The notes: generated by a model not told the origin, from the sequence alone. A stretch of DNA of 64,000 nucleotides from Paraspadella gotoi (GCA_051294375.1 CM119268.1:240879-304878); one strand, 5' to 3'. Shown: positions 36,357 through 49,799, counted from the stretch's first letter. Numbers and translations: made by a program.

Positions 36357-39300
36357 CCCCCATCTCTAGTCGACGAGGCGCCGTGGCGTCTTAGAACACC
36401 AAAACGAGTCTTTGCAGGTGTCCATTGCACACTCCAGGTATGCGGGTGATAAGAGGAGAGCTGACATCTCTTTGTTCTTGAATAATGGCTTGTCAGCCAA
36501 GGGGTAAACGGGTGTTGATGGCTGGACGCGTCTTGGTTTCTGAAAAATTGATAGAGGGGTTCTTGGAAAGAAGTGGTTCAATTCAGTTCATTAGTTTTGG
36601 AATGTTCTTTGGAAAGCTAGTGGTTTCATTTGGTCTTGAGTGTAGCACAATGGGTTTTGAAAAAGCAGGTGGGAGGCGGTTTATATGGCAGTTTGACTGT
36701 AGTAAGGTCTAAGGGTTTGGCCTTAGAATACTGAGGTTGGATCAAAAGTTTTTTTGGTCAAAATGAGCACAAATCTGAGGCAAGCGCCGCATGACTTTTG
36801 GTCTTCTAAGTTTTTATTTGGGAATTCCATATTATTGAAACTGTGGAAGGCATTGATTATGGATTCACGAGGGGCGCCCACATTTGGATTAGGTCTGCAA
36901 ATCAAAGTGTTGTGGCCTGAAATTGTTGTTGTCTAACACTCTTTGTTTTTGTTGTGTTTCGGATAATTCATACTCACTTGAACCTTGATAGTACTCACTG
37001 TTTTTATGCATTCTTGAGGGCCTGGCAGATTCTTTTTTGGTTTGGTTTTCTTTTTGGGCGTTTGCACTGTAAGTTTGATGAAAAGAAAGAGGCTGCATTC
37101 CAGGGTTCATTAAGGAGCTTAACTAAGGTGTTGAAGTCTGGAAGTTTGATTCCATTTCCTGCTGTGGGAGCCTCTGTTTTGCGATGCTGACATTAGACAT
37201 TGTGGGTATGGTGAATTTTTCAGCTTCGTTTGGATGCAGAATTAGACATTACAGGTGTTGTTTTGTTCAGGCATTTATCTTATAGAGGTCAAAGTTTGTG
37301 TTTCTGCTTCTGTCTTGTACTTACAGGTTGTTTTAAATGTAGTTACCAACTCCGTATGAATCTTTACTTGTTTCTGAGCCCCGAGTCATCTTCTTTGAGC
37401 TCATTTTTTATTTCACTCTCTTCTAATCCTCCTCGCGATTTTTCGATTTTTTTGCAATTTTCCTTTATTTCCATCCTCTTGCTGTTCTTTTCTTTTTCTG
37501 TTCTCCAGGGAAGGGGGAAGTGGTAAAAATCTAATTTGATTTTGCCTTTTTAATCCAGTGCCTCCCACTACTTGAGTCTTTAGTCATGTTGACTGTCACG
37601 CCTTCCAGGGGTCTACCAATTAGGCAAAGCCTTAACCATAAATTTTTGCAATATTGAGGCAACATTTTCTTTCTTCTGATGAACCAGAAAGATGACTCTC
37701 TGATTTTAGACTACCTCGCTACTTATCTTCAAGGGAAATTTTGCCGAATTCTTTTTTCTTGCCGTTTTTTCAGTTTTTTGCATGTTCTCAGCCAATGCTT
37801 TTTGTGGCAGTTATATATCCATCTTTTACTAAGTAAAAAAGAAAATTTCATCCGTTTACATCACGTGTACCCTTGCCGTTTTCTAATCTCATAAAAATGT
37901 TGGAAATCTTCAATATTACTTCTTGCGAAGGTTCCACCCAGCCACTGTTGCCAAGCCGGGGATTGGAACTCCTCTCTTCCATTAATTCCTCAGGCTAGAG
38001 CGATATTCCCGGAGGCGCGCCCCTCATTTCAAGTTGGTATTTATTTTTGTATTTTCTTTCAAATTCATTCCCATTCTTTTTTCTCTACTTTTCTCAATTC
38101 GAATTGTATTCCTTTATTTCGTTCTCCTCGTTTGCACGTTTTTTCTATTCCTTTCTTTTTTATATGTCCTTCTTTTTCTCCGTGCTAGCTCTGCCTTTAC
38201 TCGTAATTTATCCGACTCTGGCATTTGAAGCGACAATGTATGCATTTAGAATTCTGTAAAGCGTAAACCAAACACCGTTGAAATTTCTTTGAAACCCAAT
38301 GCAAATCTTTCAGTCAATTTACTACTGATATTAACCAGTGAGGTGCTGATAGATTGATGACAAGATCATATAGGATAGTCCACTGGGCTTCTGAATGCGA
38401 TGTCTGGCCTCATTTGTTCCCCAATTTTTTGGGTTTTTTTCAAAAAAAAAAAACCATAAAACTTTGCTATTCCCTTTAGGCTCCATCAAGTTGAGGGCTT
38501 GTCTGATAATCTTTGTGTAGAGTTCGCACTTCTTTTGCACTATTTCATTCTCATTGGCAGATGGTGTGGGTTGGAGTAAGGATGGTGGGATTAAAAACAA
38601 AGCTTAGAAGCGAAGTGTTCAAAGTTGTTCTGAATATCTACATTCCTGTCATTTTGACAATGTGGTTCTTTTTTCGGGGTTTCTGTTGCAAAAACCCATT
38701 TTCATCGAGGTTTTTTTTGAGATTATTCTTTGTTTATTTTTTATTTTTGTTATGGATGGATTCTTTTGCGATTCAGGAGAGAGGGATAGGGAGAGAGGAG
38801 AGAGAGAGAGAGAGAGACACGATCGATTGATCTTTTTTTCGATTTTCTCTAAGAATTCGTCGGATAGATCGATGGACTGGCTAGCAGGATTTTCGGAGGA
38901 CGGAGAGGGAGATTTACGTTTCTCGATTTCGGGTTGTTCTTTGTTTGGGAGTGGATGCTGGTGCAACGTGACGACTGTAGTCTCAAAGCACGATGGGGCA
39001 GGCTGAGATCCGCCGCTGGGAGATATAGGAATTGTTTTTGCTTAATGGAAAGTTAGGGAATATGTACGTATTTTCATTTGTCTCTTTTCAAAAATGCTTC
39101 TTTTTTTTTTTTTTTGACTAAGATGTGGAGAGGATTTTTAGATATTGATTTTCGTTGTTTTTTTAGTTTTTTTGTTACTCAGGCTCACGTTATTACGCAC
39201 TCCTGATTTTCCGCAACAAAAAAGTGTTTATAATTTTAAGTTAAAAAAGTTTTATTTTCAATATAAGAGGGCGCTTGAAGGAATAAAACTTTGTATTGTT

Positions 39301-39449
39301 TCTTTTTTTTTGGGGGGGGTTTATCTTTTTTATTGTGTTTATAAGCTATTTGCGTTAAAATTAAATGTGTTGGCCAACGGATGTAATCTTTTCGAGTAGG
39401 GTAAGCGTAGTTTTTTTTCGAAGTAGGGATAGCGGTAGTTTTTTAATTT

Positions 39450-39495
39450 AGTCTCTTTTCAGAGGAGTGGGAGTCGAATCCACCGGCTGCCACCA
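39450..39495 (-). promoter_or_regulatory. Extended primer-binding site matching the 3' half of tRNA-Leu plus CCA
   Basis: + strand AGTCTCTTTTCAGAGGAGTGGGAGTCGAATCCACCGGCTGCCACCA vs metazoan tRNA-Leu(AAG/TAG) AGTCTCTTCGGAGGCGTGGGTTCGAATCCCACCGCTGCCA-CCA (recalled consensus). Confidence 0.8.
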
Positions 39496-39497
39496 CG

Positions 39498-39890
39498 TGG
39501 ACGTTTAGTCAAATAACGGGGTAAATAATAAGTGTCAAGGTATTTGGTGAGAATAGTTTTATTAATGACGGACATGATTTAGGGTGATGTACAAGATAAC
39601 GATGACCGATGACAAAGGTTAAGACAAGTGTTGACAATATTAAACAGTTCAATAATTATTTGAAGAAGGTTCTTTCTGCAGTGTCTTGGGTGTAGAGCAT
39701 GAATGCTAGAGTTTCTCTTAGCATTTGACCATCATCCCTCGGGTTCTCTGTCGCGTCATTGGTCATTCTAGGCTTGAACTAAGGTCTGATGATTCCGTTC
39801 AGCATTCTGATGATTCAGTGAAGGAAGACGAAGCAATTCACATCACTAGGCCACACCAAGTCCGTTTATAGTCCATTCTGTTGGATGGTA
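39498..39890 (-). repeat. 5' LTR
   Basis: Colinear with 35935-36356 and followed by the PBS. Confidence 0.85.
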
Positions 39891-39899
39891 CTAAAATCT

Positions 39900-41060
39900 C
39901 GGCTCCCTTCTTCCGTCTCTCTTCCTTTGTTTAAATTCTACTAGACAAAATTGGTTTACAAAATAGGCGCTGAAGTTCCTGGGAATCTGATGTATCAATA
40001 TTCAAACTTTGCCGAACTGAAAAATTTAGAGAGACAAGAAATTTGAACGCAAAGTTTAATTACTAAATTGGAGGCTAATTTAAAATATTAACTAACATCT
40101 CCCTTCCCAAACAAATTTTGCTTCAATGGCAAATAACATGTAGTAAGCTAAATAGTGGGTACCAAATGATCACATGTAAGGGCAGTATATAGTACAAATA
40201 TCTTAAGTTATAACCAGTAATTACATTATCTGCCATCACATATAGCTAAATTGAGAAGTAAAATTAAGGACAAAAATAAATCTGCGCTGCATCTAATATG
40301 GAAAAAACGTAACAAAAATAAAATTGTTTTTGGAAAATAAGTCAAAACTGCGGCCAAACAGTTCGGAACTAAATGTAAAATTAATTTATATATATATAAT
40401 ATATATTGAGAACAATATGTAAACAAAATCAAACAAACATTCCATCCCAATATGGCAGTATTCACGCCCAAAATCGTTCATTTCATTCATCAATTTTCGA
40501 TATTTTTTTCACAAATCAACGAAAAAATTTTTACTCGATCTAATTGGTCAATTCAATTAGGAAAACTCATTCTGCCTCTTCCTTTTTCCTAACCCAAAAT
40601 GGTAGTGTAACGGATCAAGTTTATTATCCTCTTTAAAGGTGCGCAAATTATAATTAAGTCATCAATTTCCAAAAGTATCAATCGTTCATAATTTTAATTT
40701 AAATTCAAACAGTGACGGCAACCTCAGTTTGCTGAGAGTGCAGAGAGCCGCAAATGTCCTTTTAACGGTGTAAAAGGGTAGAGGATCAGGACCTTAGGTA
40801 AGATTTCTTTTGCAGTGCGGGTTTTAGTTAAAGTAAAATATAAAATATTAATTTGGTAAGAATTTCGTTAACACTAAGGCAGGAAACTGTTTTCGTTCAG
40901 TCTGCTCACCAACTCGGCTGGAAAAATAATCACTGTTCCATTCCATCACAATCAGGTGTTTCGGATTTGTCAGCCTGACCATTCTAATCTTTACTGGTCG
41001 TTCTTGTTGCATTGTCATTTGTCTGTCTGCATTGCTCATTGGCATCGTCGCCCTATTACT
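39900..41060 (-). mobile_element. Possible hAT-like transposase remnant into which the LTR element inserted
   Basis: BED-finger-like pieces PHCK...LKGHLR (~40745-40820) and ALTCDH (~40165-40185, cf. hAT LTxDxW). The block 35743-41064 is absent from the paralogous site at ~55896. Confidence 0.3.
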
Positions 41061-43329
41061 AACACAGTAAATTGTAACTAACATTCATTCTTATTCTCGT
41101 ACTCATCTAATTACAAGAGCAATGCCCATTAGTAACTGGAGTAATTTTTTTGATATATCTAAACAAACATAAAAAAACTGGATGCAGAATTGCTTAGTTT
41201 TGTACATATGCAGAACATTCTGAATGTTCCACTAGTGAGAAATAACCAACAGTGGTTTAGTTATTTATGGGTTTGTATGTGCGTTTGGTATATATCATTA
41301 ATTTGTGGAAAAGATTCCAAAAACAACATGAATAATGTTATATTATCATCCAATGTTTCTTGCTTATTTAGAAATAGGACTTTTTTTCTTATCCAACAAA
41401 TGGAATCTAGAGAAATAGGGGATGGAGTTCAAATTACCAAGGCAGAAAAAAGATGCATGTCCATGAAAAACCTCAAATGGTTTTAGTCAACTTAACAATC
41501 CGCATGACCCATCACAAGAAAGAGAGAGGAAGAGAGAGAGATGAGACAGAGAGAGAGAGAGGAGAGCCAGAGAGAGAGGAGAGAGAGGATTGCTAGAGAG
41601 GTAAGTCGGATGATTTAACTGATATCATTTTCCGTCACTCAGGTTTCAAGTCTACATTTTTTCAATGCGAATGAGAAGGAAAACGAATACGACCACGACG
41701 ACATGATGACGATGATGATGATGACGATGATGACGATGATGACCATAAGGACGACAGTAGTTATGGCCGAAATAATGACCAGGAAGTGGTCACAGACGAC
41801 AACGACGACGACGATGAGGCAAACAATGTCATACAGAATTATGACATCAATAAATGAGACGAAAACGACAAAGACGACGACGAAAATGACGACGACGACG
41901 ACCACGGTGACTTTAAGGAAGATGATGATCATAACAACAACAACAACCATTTCTAACTGAACGACGAAAATAACATAAGACAACAACAAAATAACAACAA
42001 CCAGAATCTCACTGTAATAAACAATGAAAAGAATGAATACCTTTTGTGCCTCTAGACTTCACAAGGGCGTTGGCATTTAGACGACGACGACAAAGACGAC
42101 AACGACGACGACGACGACGTGTTGGATTCGCTTTTGCAAAACGGCAATAGACGATCGTTCATATGCAAATGGGTCTTGGCGAAAAAAGGTAGAAAAGAAA
42201 AGAAAAGAAAAGAAAAGAAAAGAAAAGAAAAGAAAAGAAAAGAAAAGAAAAGAAAAGAGAAATAAAAGGTGAACTTATTTCATAACCTCACTTCGTATCA
42301 TACCTTGTAATTTCATTGCATCTCAAATGTTGACAGGTTCTGGTGAAATATATTTGTCACTGGGGTCATAAAAACTGACAAGGAAATTACTCCTCTTCTA
42401 TAGTTGCGATATAGGTTAATATTTGGTGAAAAAGATGATAACAAAATTGGAATCTGGCTGTAATAAGTCCACAGTATTCTTAACATTTTTTAAAATGACA
42501 AGATATTTGTTAAAACGATTAGTTAAGCATCGAACCGGCTGGGAAAATCCTAAGTATTAAGGCAGAACAGAACAAACTAACAGTCCTTTTAAACGTTAGT
42601 GTCTTTTGTTTTTATTGGAATTTCAATACATAGTTTAGTTTTCCAGTCTTTTACACTGTTACTGTTATGATTATGTCAATACTGTTTTTGGTAATATAAT
42701 AAAAAAACAAAAAAAACTAACATACGTCAGTATAAGTTAAAAAATTAAAAAATTAAGAATTATATTTTAGTTAAACTTATCCTAAACGCATGGAAGCTAT
42801 TTTATATTATCCAAATATTATATAATGTCAAAAAAATTGTTGGTAAATTTTAATTTTTTTAACCGATTCTGATAGAGCTTAAAAAGTTAGATGAAGGTTA
42901 TTATNNNNNNNNNNNNNNNNNNNNNNNNNNNNNNNNNNNNNNNNNNNNNNNNNNNNNNNNNNNNNNNNNNNNNNNNNNNNNNNNNNNNNNNNNNNNNNNN
43001 NNNNNNNNNNNNNNNNNNNNNNNNNNNNNNNNNNNNNNNNNNNNNNNNNNNNNNNNNNNNNNNNNNNNNNNNNNNNNNNNNNNNNNNNNNNNNNNNNNNN
43101 NNNNNNNNNNNNNNNNNNNNNNNNNNNNNNNNNNNNNNNNNNNNNNNNNNNNNNNNNNNNCTTTTTAATTCATTTTTAAATATTCAAATTTCTTAAAAAA
43201 TTTTAAACACTTCCTATATATTATAAAATATTAAAATGTTTCCATGCAAGAGGAAAATGAATATAATCAAAATCTAACATAATGAAGAGACAGTAATTAT
43301 TGTTATGTGTTAGTGACAGAACCGTTCAA

Positions 43330-43483
43330 TATAAGCAGTCCCTGAGCTTCGGATCAGGCTGTAACACCATGTTACAGGCGGGTTAAGCGCCCCGTCCCTC
43401 TTAACTGCTAGGCAACCACCGGGCTAGAACCCCGGACCTTTGGGTTGGGAGGCGAATGACTTGCCTCCGGCACCAATGGCCGC
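43330..43483 (-). mobile_element. tRNA-Gly(CCC)-derived SINE or tRNA pseudogene
   Basis: 43483-43412 forms a 7-bp acceptor stem GCGGCCA/TGGTTGC, a T-arm-like CGGGGTTCTAGCCCG and loop CTCCCAA. The anticodon stem does not pair, and a GC-rich tail follows. Confidence 0.6.
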
Positions 43484-43659
43484 TGAAGAAAGGTTGTTGA
43501 ATTTTAGTCCACCATAATAATAATTTAATTTGGTTATAATAAATAAATAAATAAATAAAGGACGAAATAATTTTATTGCAGACTGTTTCATATTGTAAAA
43601 AAATGTTAAATTTTGGCCCGCCTTTATAAATATTGTTTGGAAGGTGTCACTTAGGGAGA

Positions 43660-43970
43660 GTATCAGCTTAAGATGCAGAAAGAATCAGTTTAAGATGCAG
43701 AAAGAATCAGTTTAAGATACAGAAAGAATATTTTTGATATCGAGAGATATAAATAGTTTGAGATAGAGAAGGCAACTGTTTGAGATGGAGATGGTATCAG
43801 TTTGAGATGGAGATAGTATCAGTTAGAGATGGAGATGGCATCAGTTTGAGATTGAGATAGCATCAGTATGAGATGGAGATGGTATCAGTTTGAGATGGAG
43901 ATGGCATCAGCTTGAGATGGAGATGGCATTAGTTTGAGATGGAGATGGTATCAGTTTGAGATGGAGATGG
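43660..43970. repeat. ~20-22-bp minisatellites (GAGATGGAGATGGTATCAGTTT)
   Basis: Direct inspection. Confidence 0.9.
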
Positions 43971-45530
43971 CGGTGGCGGCGACAGCGGTAGCGGTGGCGG
44001 CGACAGCGGTAGCGGTGGCGGCGGCGCCGGCGGTGGAGTCGTTGATGCGAAAGAAACGAATGTCCGAAGGCGACTCAGTGCAAATGGGCCGAAGGGAGAA
44101 CGAGACGAGAATTATGGCCGAGGATAGGGAATGTATAGAGTAAGAGTTAGAATGTGAGTTAGAGTTAGAGTTAGAGTTAGAGTAAGAGTAAGGGTTAGAG
44201 TTAGGGTTAGGGTTAGGGGTTAACGGAGAAAAGACATAGATTTTAAGTTGAGGCAAGACTGTTCAGCTCCATCGAAAGGGATAAATGTTTTGTTTTTTTC
44301 AAAGTTAATAAACTAATAAATATAAATTGAGTGCATATATTGTAGACACTTTTGGCCATGTTATATCTATCAATGTAGTTGTAGTTCCACCAATAAGATA
44401 TGACGATTGAAGATATTTATCAGAGAGTCCAATCGCAGGGAAAGCATATCGTCGGATTCGAATTCATTTGTTTCAATTGATTCATGAATACATTTTGTAT
44501 TCCAGTTAAAAGTTTTTCTCTACTTGATAATATATTCTTTACATTAAGAGAAGATAAGTAAAAACATGAAGAACCAGTGGCTGCGCCAATACATATAAAT
44601 CGCTTTCAAGGGCTTAAGCTGAACTGTTACTGTGGTACTAATATTTTTTTCAACTTGCATCATTTAGGAACAAAAACCCTTTAAGGTAAGGAGGATTAAA
44701 GAAGAAAAAGTAGTAATGAATCTTAAATAGAATATTCTTGAATAGCATAGTCATTGTCAGTTTGTGCGGGGTGAAGTATTGAAGGATTCGAATCTCCAAC
44801 AGTTCTGTCGAAAGTTACAGTGAAAAAAATAAACGCAACTCACAACAGAACCACCAGGGCTCAAACNNNNNNNNNNNNNNNNNNNNNNNNNNNNNNNNNN
44901 NNNNNNNNNNNNNNNNNNNNNNNNNNNNNNNNNNNNNNNNNNNNNNNNNNNNNNNNNNNNNNNNNNACCTCTCGCCTTCTTTTCGGCCAAACTCTTCGAC
45001 AGCCAAAGGAAGTGGCTTACAGCAGATTCCGGCTCTAAAATTTTCTTTGTCGGTCCGTCGGTCAGAATTGAATTATTATAAATTATGTCCGATTCAATCA
45101 AAAATTAATTAACTTATTAATATTTTTAAAATATGTAAATATTTAATTAATTAATTAATTAGGTGCTCACCGCTAATGATCGTGGGCAGATCCGGCATTA
45201 TTTGATTAAACTTGTTTCAAATTAAATTCTGTTTCAGTTTTTTTTTTCGTTTTTTGTTCCTTCGATTGTGAAAAACCAGACGCAGTGAAAAATCACAAAT
45301 CACGGAAATAACGAGTTGCGTAACTGAAGTTGGAATCAAATGAAAACAATAAATTAGAAAAAAANNNNNNNNNNNNNNNNNNNNNNNNNGGAGGGAGAGA
45401 GAAGAGAAGAGTATGAGCAGAGACGAAGGAGAGCGATGAAGATAGATGAAAAACGACGGTATCTTCCTCTCTCCTTCCTTTCCCTTCCCGAGACAACGCG
45501 AATCATCTCTCAAGAGAATTACTCTCTCTA

Positions 45531-45561
<31 letters not shown>

Positions 45562-46380
45562 GTCCTCTCTGATTATTTCCCGCCGCTCCAAGTACTAGAA
45601 GTTTAACCCACCATATTTTAATTTTTTGGTGACTCGAATCTTCCGATGAAATAATCTACGCCCTAAACATTTTTGCACTAATGACGGTATTTTTGTCCAT
45701 ATTATACAATAGTTGACTCAGGTAAGAGATATGTTTTTGAGTTTTGAACCGAATTATTAGTAATTAAAATTATGAGAATTTATATTTTGTTGAAATTCTA
45801 CTTGTCACGAGACAAATGTTTAAAATAGGAAAGGGAATTCTTTTTTTGACTTTTTTATTTCATATTTCTATTTTTTTACTTTTTTTTCTTTATTAAATTT
45901 CTCCTTAAAACTTTTCTTCCTTTCTCAATCTTTTTTTTTTTTCCCTTTTTTAGTTTCTTTTTTATCTTCATTTCCTTCTTTATCTCCTTTTTTCTCTTTT
46001 CCCACGATTTCTATCATAATCTTTTCAGCTCCGTTTAACAGGAAATGGATACATATCCATTCTACTAACAGGGTCTTCTACTAAAAGGTCTTCTACTAAC
46101 AGGGTCTCTACTAGCAGGGTCCTGTTTATGATATTATGTTGTAAGTATGATGGAGGCCTTAAACCACCATTAACACGCTCCAAAGTCGGGGCAAAAAGCT
46201 TATTTATTTAAATTAAAGGCTAATTTTTTATCGGATGTACCAATTTCATAGGCTAATTATTTCATAATATACCATCACATTCAAAGAAAGTATTTTTTTC
46301 CAAAGGCTTAGATGAAAAGAGTGACTGAACCGACTTAAAAAGGTTTGAGGCACAACTATAAAAGGAAGTTGAAAGAATAA

Positions 46381-46413
<33 letters not shown>

Positions 46414-46869
46414 TATATGATAAATAATATAATATAATAATAATATAGTAATAATAATAAAATATAGGGAGAGAGAAAGGAATGATAACAACATGGTGGG
46501 AAAAAGGAAAGGAGGAAATAGGAAATGGGGAAAATAAGGAAAGGAGGGATATAAGGAAAGGGAGAAATAAGAAAAGAGGGGGAAATAATGAAAGGCGGGA
46601 AATAAGTAAAGGGGGAAAAAAGAAAGGGGAGAAAAAGGAAAGGGGAAAATGGGAAAGGGGGGATAAGGAAGGGGATATAAGGAAAGTGGGAAATAAGGAA
46701 AGGGGGGAATTAAAAAAGGAGAGAAATAAGTAGGGAGATAAAGAAAGGGGCTCAATAAAAAAAAAAGTGATACATGGAAATCCTTACTCGACAGCGGAAC
46801 CATCTGCAATGAAGAGGAGGAGAGGAGGAGGAGGAGGAACAATATTAGAGAGAGAAAGAGCAGGTGGGC

Positions 46870-47470
46870 GTTGCAAAAATGGCAGATTGGCTCTCTTTTC
46901 AAAAAACGACTGCATCTCAATGGCAGATTGGCTCTCACCTTTTCCAAAAACACCACATCTAAAATGGCAGGATTGACTCACTTTTCCAAAAAACGCTGCA
47001 TATCAAATGGCAGATTGGCTCACTTTTCCAAAAAACGCCGCATATCTTATATGGCACATTGGCTTGCTTTTCCAAAAACGCATCATCTCAGTTGCAGATT
47101 GGCTCAATTTTCCAAAAACGCTGCATCTCAAATGGTAATGGCTTTTTTTCAAAAAACGCCACATCTCTAATGGAAGGTTTTACTTTTTTCCCCAAAAAAG
47201 GTGCTTCAATGGCATGGTCTCTTTTCCAAAAATGCGCATCTTAAATGGCAGATTGGCTTCTTTTCCAAAAACACCGCATCTCAAATGGCAGATTGGCTCT
47301 CCTTTCCAAAAACGCCGCAAATCAAATCGGCAGATTGACTTTTTTTCCAAAAACGCTGCATCTCAAATAGCAGATTGGCTCGCTTTTTCAAAAACACTAC
47401 ATCCTAATGGCAGATTGGCTCTTTTTTTTCAAAAAATCACTCACATCTCTCAAATGGCAGAATTGGCTCG
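46870..47470. repeat. ~37-40-bp minisatellite (about 15 units)
   Basis: Same unit as 12195-12520, with no unique spacers. Confidence 0.9.
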
Positions 47471-48249
47471 CTAATTCCATAACCCTTAACGCCAACCTAA
47501 TCTTTAAGCATAACATCTAACATAATTTTAAACCTAAAAACTAATTTAAGTAAAAATTGAAGAGGAAATGGATAGCTTTGGGAAATAAGGCCGATGGATT
47601 CACTTTTAAGAAAAAAGTTTTATTTCTTCGATCAAACAAAGTCGGAAGTAGAGGGAGAAGAGCGAGAGAGAGAGAAGGAGAAAAGAGTTGAATGATGTAG
47701 AGAGTTAAAGAGAAATTGATGTAGAGAGTTAAAGAGAATTTGATGCAGAGAGAAAAAGAGAAACTGATGTAGAGAGTGAAAGAGAAAAATCTTATAGAGA
47801 GTGAATAAAGAATTGAGTAAAAGTGAAAGATATGAAAGATATGAAAAAGAAAAATGATGTAGAGAGTTAAAGAAAAATGGATATAAAGCGTGAAAGAGAA
47901 ATTGATGTAGAAAGTGAAAGATATTTTGATGTAGAAAGTAAAAGAAAAATTGATTGTAAAAAGGGAGGGAGGACTTAATGTAGTCAAAGAGTAATTGATT
48001 TAGAAATGAAAAGAAAAAAGTGATGTAGCAGAATGAAAGAGAAATTGATGAAAAGAATGATGTAGAAAAAACGACAGATTTTCAAAGGCTATTAGCTAGA
48101 TTGTATGTATAATAGTATTATATTGTACAATGATTTGTGGCGGTTAGACTAGAAACGGCCACGTGCGTCTGCGTCTCTGACTTCCAATGTTTATTTTGAA
48201 TGATTAAAATGTTTCAGAACAAAGTCTTTAGTTTAAAACTATTATAAAA

Positions 48250-48550
48250 AATCGGCGTTTTCATCCCCAAGATCGCGCTCACCACGGCACGCCGCTCTAC
48301 GACTCACTCCAAGGCAAACCCAAGCGCCTCGAGTGGACGCCAGAGAGCGCCAGCGGGGCTTCGACGCCGTCATGGAGGCTCTCGCAAACTCCGCCTTCTC
48401 CGTCAACCAAGAACCGGCGCTCAAATCGCCCTGACGACAGATGCTTCCGACCACGCCATCGGCGCCGTCCTGGAAGCAGCGCGGAGAAAAAGGATGGAAC
48501 TCTCGCCTTCTTTTCGGCCAAACTCTTCGACAGCCAAAGGAAGTGGCTTA
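48250..48550 (+). mobile_element. Ty3/gypsy RT-RNase H fragment (paralogous copy)
   Basis: GAQIALTTDASD...LAFFSAK across frameshifts. Confidence 0.8.
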
Positions 48551-48902
48551 CAGCAGATTCCGGCTCTAAAAATTATCTTTGTCGGTCCGTCGGTCAGAAA
48601 ATTGAATTATATAAATTATGTCCGATTTCAATCAAGAAATTAATTAACTTATTAATATTTTAAAATATGTAAATATTTAATTAATTAATTAATTAATTAG
48701 GTGCTTACCGCTAATGATCGTGGGCAGATCCGGCATTATTTGATTAAACTTGTTTCAAAATTAAATTCTGTTTCAGTTTTTTTTTTTCGTTTTTTGTTCC
48801 TTCGATTGTGAAAAACGACGCAGTGAAAAATCACAAATCACGGAAATAACGAGTTGCGTAACTGAAGTTGGAATCAAATGAAAAAACAATAAATTTGAGA
48901 GA

Positions 48903-48984
<82 letters not shown>

Positions 48985-49160
48985 AGAGATAATATAAAAA
49001 ATAAAAAGGAGAAAACAAATTTTGTAAAATAAAAATAAATTTTTTTTAGATTAAAATTCCTTCTTCGTTTCCTTGAGAAGTTTTTATGTCAAATTTTTGA
49101 CATTTTTGAGGCTTTAGTTTTGACGTGCTATGATCTCTTCTCTTCTCGCTCTCTCTCTCT

Positions 49161-49194
<34 letters not shown>

Positions 49195-49291
49195 TCTCTC
49201 TCATACATGAGAACTGAAAAATATAACAAAATTAATATATGATGAAAAATATGAATAAAATCTGAGAGAAGACGATGGGAGATAGAGCAGA

Positions 49292-49337
<46 letters not shown>

Positions 49338-49799
49338 AAGAGAGAGAGAGAGAGAAAGAGAGAAAGAGAGAAAGAGAAAGGCACCCAAGCGCGGCTGTGA
49401 ACGTGTGCGCCCATCAGCTAATCAGCGAGTCAGTTGTCGAAGGCCGTCAACTTCGTCAACATCCGTTGGGAGAGAGTTTGAACCAGAGGGAGAGAAGAGA
49501 GAGAGAGAGAGAGAGAAGAGAGAGTAAGAGAGAGTTTGACCAGAACAAACTCCCCTGTCAGCGGGATGTGGTCTTCAGCGTTTTGAAGAGAGAAAAGTAA
49601 CAATGAAGGAAGTAGGCGTGATGGTAAAAAAAGGATGAAAAATGTGAAAAAAAATGAAAAGAAAATAAAAAGAAGAAAAAGAGAAAGAAAGAAAAAAAAG
49701 GAAGTTTATTAAATTGTTTTGCGCCACAGTGGAACTTTCACGTTTTTTGGGTCTTGACATGACACACAACACTGCAATCGGAATTTCAATATTTATTTT

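Larger units (their letters stand above)
35935..39890 (-). mobile_element. Complete non-autonomous LTR element (~4 kb), gag-like internal region, no recognisable pol
   Basis: Direct repeats 35935-36356 and 39498-39890; 3' LTR reads TGACAT...ACGTCA on minus; PPT AGAGATGGGGG at 36357-36367; tRNA-Leu PBS next to the 5' LTR; degenerate CCHC-like motifs at ~37620-37900 (e.g. YNCHK.HWLRTC across an indel). Confidence 0.8.

Noticed and set aside
37990-38030. GAPPGISL as an RT motif in the LTR element
   Set aside because: No YxDD or other RT motifs at the expected spacing.
39785-39835. Hammerhead in the LTR (CTGATGA...CGAAG)
   Set aside because: No GAAA box or good stem II, and not conserved in the other LTR.
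41640-41960. Asp-rich acidic protein exon
   Set aside because: Decayed (GAC/GAT)n microsatellite; in-frame TGA in the Asp frame, and frame not preserved in the 56.4-kb copy.
43412-43483. Functional tRNA-Gly(CCC)
   Set aside because: Anticodon stem unpaired and D/T arms deviant; treated as a SINE head or pseudogene.
44145-44222. Telomere (TTAGGG)n
   Set aside because: Only a few units mixed with TTAGAG, and interstitial (similar at 6115-6139).
43951-44256. Ala/Thr-rich minus-strand ORF
   Set aside because: Mostly built from flanking tandem repeats, with no splice signals or recognisable domain.
46870-47470. CRISPR-like ~37-bp repeats
   Set aside because: Units are contiguous with no unique spacers, there are no cas genes, and the context is eukaryotic: a minisatellite.
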